Part shown: positions 54,683 to 64,000 of the stretch, piece by piece
Position numbering within the stretch: the stretch's first letter is position 1
How the letters are laid out: each line of letters opens with the position of its first letter
Source of the DNA: Somniosus microcephalus
Lineage: Eukaryota
Assembly: GCA_052327205.1 (NCBI GenBank)
Contig: CM126222.1
Coordinates: 74,214,001-74,278,000 of the forward strand
Length of the DNA: 64,000 bases
Direction of reading: 5' to 3'
The notes under the pieces: generated by a model
Told to the model about the DNA's origin: nothing
The model's input: the letters and a program-made list of their open reading frames with translations, nothing else
Database searches by the model: none
Position numbers and translations under genes: made by a program

Positions 54683-55115
54683 GTCAGCCACGGCTCAGTG
54701 GGCAGCAGTCTCTCGCCCCTGAGTCAGAAGGTTGTGGGTTCTGAGCACAACAATCCAGGCTGACACTCCAGTGCAGTACTGAGGGAGCACTGCACTGTTG
54801 GAGGTGCCGTCTTTCGGATGAGACGTTAAACTGCCCCCTGAAGTGGATGTAAGAAGACCCCACGGCACTATTTTGAAGAGGAGCAGGGGAGCTGTCCCTG
54901 AGGTCCTGGCCAATAGTTATCCCTCAATAAACATCACTAAAACAGATTCTCTGGTCATTATCACATTGCTGTTTGTGGGAGCTTGCTGTGTGCAAATTGG
55001 TTGCCGTGTTTCCTACATTACAACAGCGACTACATTTCAAAAAGCACTTAATTGGCTGTAAAGTGCTTTAGGACGTCCTGAGCTCACAAAAGGTGCTTTT
55101 AAAATGCAAGTATTT
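54683..55115 (+). mobile_element. Near full-length Deu-domain SINE (SacSINE1-like)
   Basis: tRNA-like head ggctcagtgggcagca...gggttc, Deu core ttgctgtttgtgggagcttgctgtgtgcaaattggttgccgtgtttcctacattacaacag, tail aaatgcaagt. Confidence 0.85.
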
Positions 55116-55389
55116 CTGGACTGAGTATTGAACCAGGGCCTTATTGGTCTGTGGCCCCACTGCAAGTGACGGTGCATTAACCGATTGAGATTCTGCAATA
55201 TAAACCTTTTGATATCCAAATGATAACTTATATATAATCTTACAGTTCAGTGGCATTGTAAAGACCATCAAAGTACAGTTTCAAGTTGGTTTATACGGTT
55301 AAGTTGCATTTAGTCCTGCTGAAATCGGGCATGTTTTCCAGACAATTTTGAACCGATGTTTAATTGCGCTTTATTTTCTTTTACTATAG

Positions 55390-55469
55390 CAAATCGATGA
55401 GTTCACTGACGTTAATGAGGGAGAGAAAGAAGTGATGAAACTGTGGAACCTGCACGTTATGAAGCACGG
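55390..55469 (+). CDS. SUZ12: SUZ12 exon 15 equivalent (80 nt), VEFS box
   Basis: ctatag|CAA...ACGG|gtaagt; QIDEFTDVNEGEKEVMKLWNLHVMKH. Confidence 0.97.
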
Positions 55470-56584
55470 GTAAGTCTCTGATCTTTTTACTCTCCATTGT
55501 TGGAGGATGCAGTATTGGGATGATACTTTCTGAAGGTGGCAGTGAATTCACTGACTTCTGATATAGCCGGAATGAAACCTGAGCTGTTCAATGGATGTTG
55601 GAAAAGCCCAGAGAGGGAGGTACCCTATTGTTTGTAACTTTGAGAAAGAATAACTTCAAACAGCAATCTGGAAATGTATTTTTGGGCTAACCCAGGCCTT
55701 TTTATAAAAAAAAAAATAATAATTTTAAGTTGAAGAGGTTAAACTGAAGAATTTCACGTTTAGCCATCAACTTGAGGAATAGGCTGCTTCTTTGCAGGAA
55801 GTACTGCCTCAGCTGAAACATTCAATGGGGAATTGGATCAATTCCTGATTCAGAGGAGTAAAGAGAAAGAAACAAGGTGGAAAATGCTCAAATTGGCTGC
55901 TGTTGGACGGGGGTATCTCCAGCTCCGGTGTCCCAGTGTAGAATTAGATTCTGCTGGGGGGGGGGGGGGAACACTCCACTGGAATCGCGAGCACTCTATC
56001 AGAATACCTTGTGAAGCCGGCTTTTGTGCAGTGAATTCCCATGCAAATGAACCAGATTACTTGGAGCATTTTTGGTCCCTCCCCCCCCCCCCCCCCAGGG
56101 GTAGTCAGTGAGTGATGGGAATTAGTAATCCTGTTGTCTATGGCGTGGTATTCGCTCCATCTTTCAGATGAAACGTTAAGCCTGTTCAGGTGGATGTAAA
56201 AGATCCCACGGTACTTTTTTTGAGGAGCAGGGAGATCTCCATGTATCCTCAGCCAACATCCATCCCTCAACCAACACCATCCAAGCAGATTAGCTGGTCA
56301 CTTTTCTCATTTGCTGCATGGAGGATTATGCTGTACACAACATTGGCCTCGTGTTTGGCAAAACCGTGACTGCGCTTGAGGAATTAGATGTTTAATTACT
56401 ATTTTTCCAAAACCGTAAATAAGTGATTGCAAGCCAAGAGGACCTGTGTAGGCAGCACCTTTTAATGGTGTGTCCCCAATACACGAGCTGAATGACTAAC
56501 CTGCTCTTTCCCAGGTGGTAATGGTTAAGGGAGGAATATTGTCCTGAGCCTCCTTGCTCTTCCCTTGAGCTGTGGTATGGGGCC

Positions 56585-56720
56585 CAATGTTTGTTGCCAT
56601 GCAGCTCTCTGCCGGTCCCACTCAGCCTGGGACCGGCTTTTCCAATGTTAAATTTTGCACATGCGAAAAACTGAATGCGCCACGCAGCCCCTTCACAAAA
56701 AAAAATTAGGGGGAACATTG
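56585..56720. mobile_element. hAT-type MITE (136 bp), opposite orientation to the 53209 copy
   Basis: 8-bp TSD ATGGGGCC (56577-56584, 56721-56728); ends caatgtt / ttagggggaacattg. Confidence 0.85.
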
Positions 56721-57316
56721 ATGGGGCCTGTAATCTCCAATTGACCCTTCACAACAGGCAGGTGGGATTTCAATTTAATGTCTTATCCAAAGAGCTACAC
56801 CCCTGACAATGTTCCACTGTACTGTCAGCCCAAACCTATCTACTCTAGTCCTAGAGATGGGGTTTCAACCCACAGCCACAGCCTAATCGAGGCGAGAGTG
56901 CTGCCAACTGAGCTAAGCTGGTTGTGATTGCTACTTCATTAACCTACAATCCAGCTGCCTGTTCTGTTTTCACAAACACTGACCACTTCAAAAAGAGCTT
57001 AAACTGCACCCCAATAGCTCAGACGGGTAAATCCACTGCCTGCTGTGCCCCTGGAAATGTCCTAGGTTCCATCTCTGGTCTGTGCTGTGTTAACCTGACC
57101 GTGGCCAGCTCAGCACTTGGGGTGCTGCAGTTGACCTCTATGTCCCTGGGGTGGGGGCTGGAAGAGCAGGCAATGAACCCTGCTGGAAAGTGCATGTCTG
57201 GATTCAGTTTGGATTAGACCGACCTTGTCCTCTGTGTGTAACTACATTGGGTGTCTGCAGGACTCGGCGCTTGCTAAGGCAGTATATATTAATAGGCTCT
57301 CGTTACTCTCTTGCAG

Positions 57317-57662
57317 GTTCATTGCTGACAATCAGATGCATCAATCCTGCCTGCTTTTTGTAGAAACTTGTGGACCAAGAATAGTTGAGAGAAGCCTCTG
57401 TCGGAACTTTCTGCTTCATCTGGTTAGCATGCACGACTTCAACTTGATTAATTTAAACACGATAGATAAAGTAATGGCCAAGCTCGGTGAGCTGCAACAA
57501 AAGTTGCAAAGAGATTACTCTGCTTTAAAACTGAGACAGGAGCCCTCTGACGATAGTCGGCCGAACAGCGAAGACAGTGGTACTGGCACGAGAGACAGAA
57601 ATTCGAGCACTGACAGTCTCTCCTCAGGAGTCACCAAACAGAGCAAAAGGCACAAGCTCTGA
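57317..57662 (+). CDS. SUZ12: SUZ12 last coding exon (exon 16 equivalent) to TGA
   Basis: ttgcag|G; FIADNQMHQSCLLFVE...LCRNFLLHLVSMHDFNLI...SGVTKQSKRHKL*. Confidence 0.97.
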
Positions 57663-59700
57663 AACCAAACCATTCACCCCGTCTCTTCCGCCCCCTTTCG
57701 CGCCCCCCTCCCCTTTCCTGGACACAGTGGATCGTCACTGAGGAGAGAAGGGGCAAAACAAGATTGTTCCACGAGCGTCTCGGCTGAAATCGACAGAAGC
57801 TCCAAACGGACACTGGGCTAATCAGTAACAGAATGAAATGAGACAACAGTGTTGTATTAAGATTCTTTATTCTTGTATATGTTGGTGTGTTCAATTAATT
57901 GTACTTAATTAGCAGATGGAGTACAATTTAAAAGACATTGCATTCACCAGTGAACTGAACGAGCACAGTTCAGCTAGCTGCAGATGTTTTTTGTGCTAAT
58001 CATTCTTTCTAGAGGACTTATTTTGGCTACAAAACCAAATCTTTCTCAACATCCACATTGGCAATTAAAAAAAAAAAAATGGCATTGTATAGTTTTAAAG
58101 TCTTTCTGAAAGTTTTTTTGTCATGAAATCTCAAAGGATTGGGATTCACTTTACATTCTCCATTTGGAAAAAAAGCATGTACTTTAGTTGAAGTATGATG
58201 TATAAAACCATGCGTGTAACAAAAATCTTCTGTAAAAACAAGTGCAATTTAAATAGTGGATGAAGTTTGCCTGTGTATATCTCACGGTCTTAATCTCCTT
58301 GTGACACAGGAGTAGCACTTCTCTATGTTCCTGTTTGGAAGGACTTTTTTAGTGTCTTTTTTTAATATATATATATATGTATGTGTGTATATATGTATAT
58401 ATTATTTTAAGATGCCATCTCTACTCTCCCTCTTTACCCACACACCTCTCTTTTTAAAAAAAAAAGCTAGTGTCTATCGTTCTTCCCGTCAGGTCTGTGT
58501 TTGTGCATTTGTTTTGTTGCTTTCTGCTTGCTGTCTCGCCAGACTTGATTGCGCGCGCACACCTGATGTGCTGCTTCATCTGCAACGCTGCTCTTTTTTA
58601 ATGGCATAGGAGGGATTATGCTCTCCTTTTTGGTGCGTTTCACCAATGCTTTGTGCTGGATACATCATCGGGACTGTATCGACAAACTTCAGAAAGGGTT
58701 TATACAAGGGAGGGGTGTGGTGGGTGGGTAGCTTGAGCAGTGGTGCTGCAGAGGGGAGTGAGAAATGCACAATAAGGCTGGGCCAGGAATACTTGCTAAT
58801 CTCTTTATGCAATATTCTGAGACACTTTTTATTTCCCTGTTACCAACACACAGGGTATTTATTGCAGGGGACACTAAAAAAAAAAACGGATGTAAGGTAT
58901 GTATTTTACACAGTATTTTGCCGCATCAGAACAGTCTTTTGTGCAGTCGAACACATTTTGGATAATGTAAATGTTTACAGTTTTTTTTTCCAATGGAAAG
59001 CGATTTTTCACTACTGGTGCAGTACCAGGGATGCAGGTTTTTAAACTCAGTAAGCACTGTGGGCCGAGTAACATTATCACCTCGGGTGTTTAGTTTTTTT
59101 TTTAATTTCCAAAAAGTTTGCATATTTTTCTTTTTTTAAATAAAAACTAACTTAAAATGGGCAGTGGGCTGCTGTTTAACCAATATGACTGAGCTACAGA
59201 TTTAAAAAAAAAAAAATTAATGTCCCACTTGAGTCACTCATTACTTTTCCCGGCTGTAATGGTATGCATTTCTGTGAATCCTTTTTAAACCTGTTCTTCC
59301 CTCTTTCTCAAAGGGTGTCTGTGTCGCCTGCGCATATCTTGTTTGTGGCTTTGATTTGATCTATTGCTGTGCATATGTAAATTAGATTTTTTTTGTATTT
59401 TGGGCTGGGGTGCTGTAGTGTGTTTTTCCTGCTGCTAATGTTTCTATCTAAGTAAAATAATTCTGCTGTCCTGCCACAGATAGCTGGCATGGTCTGCACA
59501 ATTTTGACAGCCCAAGATTTTGAATTAACGCTGGAAATTTTTGGATTTCATGATATTTTACACTGACTTTTTTTTCCTCTTTTTAAAAACAAAACCCGCA
59601 CCTTCCTGTCAGTTTTTGTAACCAAACCGGTCATCGAAATGTTAATGGGTTTTTCTATTTAAAAAAAATAAATAAAATAAAAATAAGTAATTTTCCTACT
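57663..59700 (+). other. SUZ12: Probable SUZ12 3' UTR
   Basis: Follows the stop codon, AT/U-rich, no recognisable interspersed repeats, AATAAA at 59139 and a cluster near 59666-59685; true end not determinable. Confidence 0.6.
59666..59686 (+). terminator. Clustered polyadenylation signals (AATAAA x3)
   Basis: aataaaataaaataaaaataa about 2 kb after the stop codon. Confidence 0.45.
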
Positions 59701-61611
59701 TCAAATTGAATGCCTGCAATGCCAACCTTGCAAAAACATGTTTAAATTAAAATGTTAATTTAGAAATTGAGATTTAAGACTCCTTAATGAAGCTGAGCTT
59801 GAGTAACCCTGAAATGGCGCAACGTTTGTGCTGATGTCAAATTAAAAGCAGGCTGTTGCTGGGTCTTCACATTTTGCTTTGTAAGCAAGTCATCTGAGGA
59901 AAACAAAGCAAGTCCATTACTGAACCTTACAAGAGTGTCGCCGTTGATGTCTTCGGTTTGCTGCCTTCTCTATTTGTTTTCTGCTCCAAGTTTAGAATAG
60001 CACCAGGGGACGATAATTTAATGCAGACAAGCGGTGCTACCCTCACGCCACCTTTTGAAAACTGCAACAAGTCCATGTGATGCTGAAAAGGAGCATCGTG
60101 AAATACAGAACTCGCCTACCCCTGCGGTTTTAACCATTTTGGTACTCTCGGTAGCTGCCTGTTAAAATGACATTTCCTGGCACATTGTGCAGACTACTGT
60201 AACTCAGTGAAAAATGTTTTTTTCTTAGGATGTAGCTCAAAAAAATTAGTTAATTTTCAACAGTTGGATTTGCTGGATCATTATGAATACTTAAAATTTC
60301 TTTAGAACTGAAATTCACCCTTTGCTAAGATGTAGCATGAAGAACTTAAAAAAAAAAAAAAAAAAATGGTTGTGACTAAATGTTAAAATCCTTATCAATC
60401 TAATCTCTGGGTCAGTATGCACCACTTGATGCACAACTGGAGGTGTGATCCATGAGATCTGTAAGAGACACGTCAGGATGGGGACGGGGGTGTGAAGGTA
60501 TTTAACCTTGCTCCCTTCCCATTACCAAGCAGCAGTCTTTTTTCTTCCTTTTTCAAGCTGTTGACTCCCTTGCTGGGGTACAGTTCCACAGGTGCTAACC
60601 AGCATCCAGTGCCTTTCCTAAATGGCTGTCGAAGGCTGCAGCTGATTCCCAGTGTCCCACATATATACACACACACACGCGCTATCGTGGTCAAGAACAG
60701 GAACTAGGATGGACTTTCTTCACCTCCCTACCTCCAGTGTGCATTGGCAAATTCTGCTACCATGTACAAACTCGGCACAGGCCAAAAATCCAGCCTGGGA
60801 CCTTCCTGAGCTAGCTGAAAGTGTTTTTTGTCACCTATTTGGGGCAGTTGGAAGTGTGAAGTCGTTCTTTAGTGAAAATGGGAAAGCAGTAATTGGTATA
60901 GTGTCAAAAGCTTACTTTTAGTAAATACTCTTACATTGAAGTTTCATAATGGGCAGCAAGTGCAGTACTGTAGCACAAGAGAAAGGCATGGATTGATAAC
61001 AATGGGTTGACCGAAGAGTTGCCACAGATGCTCAGTTTTGTGCAGTGAGCTGTTCGGATGCTCAATGGAGCATTGGGCAGCAGCTATGGTCATTTGTTGG
61101 AATGACCACGTGTGTACAAACTGTCAAAGGAGGACAGGTTCACGAGTTCCAGATCTTGGCTGAGTTGTACGAGGCACCAGGAACACCCATGCAAGGACAA
61201 TTTATGGGAGTGTAGTCTGGTTTACTGGAGCTGCATTGGGTGGCGGGCTGCTAATGTGGGTACTCTGCCCTTGGATGGTGGGCGGCAAGCAAGGGAATGC
61301 GATGCATTTTAAAAATGGCACACTTCAATTTTGCCTTCAGCCCGTCACTATTTCCATTCTGCATGTGATTCTTGACAGCCTTTTTAGCCACAGAAGTCAT
61401 CACAAGTGAATATAAAACCTCTCCTCACCAGATGCCCCATGTACATGTTCAGGTAGTTACTGGAAGTGGGGACGGGTCCTTTCTTTGTTGCTGGGTGAGA
61501 ATGGCTACAATTTGGCCATTTGAGGCTAAAAGTGGCTCTGCTGTCACACTCTCAGATCACCAAACCTGGGTTCTTACTGGTTGTAGAGGTGATGCATGGA
61601 CTATGTAACAC

Positions 61612-62022
61612 TTTTTTTGTTCATGGGATGTGGGTGTCGCTGGCAAGGCCAGCATTTATTGCCCATCCCTAATTGCCCTTGAAGGTGGTGGTGAGCCACC
61701 TTTTTGAATGGCTGCAGTCTGGTGAAGGGACTCCCAGAGTGCTGACTTTGTTGTAGCGGTTTGGTACAATTGAGTGACTTGCTAGGCCATTTCGGAGTCC
61801 ACTACATTGCTGTGGATCTGGAGTCACATAGAGGCCAGACCAGGTAAGCATAGCAGATTTACTTCACTAAAGGACATTAGTCTGACAATCCAGTAGTCTG
61901 ATGCTAGCTTTTTAATTCCAGATTTATTTAATTTAAATTCCCCACAGCTGCCATGGTGTGATTTGAACTTGCGTCTCTGGATTACCAGTCCAGTAAGATA
62001 ACCACTATGCTACCACACCCCC
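61612..62022 (-). mobile_element. tRNA-headed SINE (same family as 38655-39029)
   Basis: ttcatgggatgtgggtgtcgctggcaaggccagcatttattgcccatcc...gatttgaact...ccagtaagataaccactatgctacc. Confidence 0.75.
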
Positions 62023-62494
62023 TATCTACTAACCTATTGGTTTCACTTTTTCTACTGTATTTCTGAAGTATTCCAAGCCTGAAGAACTACCTCACCATCG
62101 TCATTTAGTGGAGAAACGAACTGTGAATGGGATGTTGCAAGAGGTATAACAGAATAAAAAGCTATGGTGTGATTGCCTGCATGTGTGTGGGTTGCACTTA
62201 CATTTATTGACCTCCACCTGCATTGATTGCTTGGACCCTAGTGTTTTTAGGATGTGAGTGGCAAAGCAGCATTTATTGCCCATCCCTAGTTGCTGTGTTG
62301 GCATAGAATAGATTGCATGTAGATTGGGTAAGGACATTAAGTTCGCCAAAGCACAAGTTGGGTTTTTACAACAATCCAGCAGTTTTTTTGGATTATTTTT
62401 CTGCTGCTAGCTCACATGACCAGATTTATTGAATTAAGTTTCATAGCATGCCATGTTGGGATTGGAGCCTTAACCACCTGCCAATATCCCAGGT

Positions 62495-64000
62495 GTTGTG
62501 GCACAGGAGAAGCCTATTTAGCCCATCACACTTGTGCCAGTGCTAGTTCTTCCACTGGAGCTCTTTCGTCCCAAATTCCTGTTCTTTTCCAAATATTTAC
62601 CAATTCCCAGTCAAAGGATGACTTCTGCATCAATACCCATTTTGGTGGTGAAGCATTCCATGTTCTGACAGTTGTGTGTGGAAAAAGTTTCTAGTTTCCA
62701 CCTTTGTTCTAGCAATAAGCCTAAATGGATTCCCCCTCATTACTAATTTGCCAGAGGACATACCCTCTCAATGTTTTATAGCCTTGTAAGCAAGCCTCTA
62801 TCACACCCTCCCTTTAACCACCTTCTGTTTCAGTGGGATAAAGCACCAATTGTTCAAATCTTTCCTCACTCATAACTCACCATTGTAGTGTATTCTCTAG
62901 TTGATAGGAATATCCTTCCTATAGTAGGGTGCCCAGATTTGCTTGCAATTTGCCAGTTGTAACCATGCCAATATATTGTACAAGTTCCAACAATATTTAC
63001 CTGCTTTTGTATTTAGTGGCCATGTGCACCCAGATTGTCCGTTTATGGCCTATTCTGCTTGTGCTCCTTTACAGATTTATGTATCTGCACTCTCATCTCT
63101 CTCCTTCCACTCTTGTTTTAAATATACCATTTAGGGTATTCTCTTTCACTTATTTTCCAGAAAACTTAACATTAAACTGCATGTCACCTGTTGTGCCCAT
63201 TCTACTAATCTCTCTGTCCTCAGTTAGCAGTATCCCTTAATTTATAATGTCAAAGTCCATTTATATAAATGAAAACATCCTGCCAATCTGAAAAATATCC
63301 ATTTACTGTACCTTTTACTCTCCTGTGTCCCCTGGCTTATGAGTACATTTCCTTTATTCCGTGCTTTGATTTTCATCACAACTGGTATGTTAATGAACCC
63401 TTTTGGAAAATGGGTATGTACAACATCCACTCAATTATACACTAATTTCTTCAAAAAATAAAACCAGTAAAACACATGACCTTCACTTCATCTATGCTAG
63501 TTGACATATGCCTGTCTAAGTAGTCACTGATGTTATGCACTCTAGGTTTACCCACAACTGAGCTAAAACTAGTTGGCCTATTTCCTGGGTGCACTCCACT
63601 TGAATGGGTGTGTGGCATTTGCCTCAATCCATTAACTTTCAGCAGTTTCTTCTATCTCTAATGCCTCCTCAATATTCTCCTACAGTCCCACTTGCCCCTT
63701 CTCTGTAAAACTGACAAAATACTAAGTAGTTTGACCGTTATCTCTGTCCTGAATTATAAACCATTTTAAAGGCTAGAATATATGAAAGCTCGGACATTTT
63801 GCTCTCCATTCATCCCATTGGTACTTAACACCAATTTAGTATCAAATGTATTTTAAATGTCATTCTCTACTATCCAACCTGGTGCATTATTCCAAAACAC
63901 ATCACCTGAGCTTTTAGTGATGTTTTAACTGCATGGATTTAAATTCAAAGCCTCTCTGCTCTCTTTGTTTGAAGTATATGCTGGGTTTCTTATCTGTACC
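62495..64000 (-). mobile_element. Old, heavily degraded CR1-like LINE running off the window
   Basis: Patchy similarity to 40014-41700 (aacattaaactgcat..., aaaatatccatt..., taaaactagttggccta). Confidence 0.5.

Noticed and set aside
59700-64000. A downstream neighbouring gene
   Set aside because: No recognisable exons; only SINEs, a degraded CR1 and short spurious ORFs

Overview
Eukaryotic (vertebrate) genomic DNA. The repeat families (V-SINE/HE1-like, Deu-domain SINEs, CR1, L2, RTE, Penelope-like) point to a cartilaginous fish; that is an inference. The only host gene is SUZ12 (PRC2 core subunit) on the + strand: 13 coding exons read by hand (equivalent to human exons 4-16, 18555-57662, all GT-AG, joining into one open frame of 613 codons including the stop), followed by a repeat-free 3' UTR. 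Exons 1-3 were not found and probably lie upstream. Almost all ORF-track entries are spurious or transposon-derived. The most notable items are: (1) a very young, near-intact Mag-like Ty3/gypsy LTR retrotransposon, antisense in intron 12, inserted exactly at the Pol III A-box of a SINE; (2) Penelope-derived repeats carrying minimal hammerhead ribozyme motifs, one with a possible U3-A8 compensatory core; (3) three related hAT-type MITEs with perfect 8-bp TSDs, other MITEs and a solo LTR. I see no clearly novel multi-gene system, and the top findings are hypotheses. Boundaries of old repeats are approximate.
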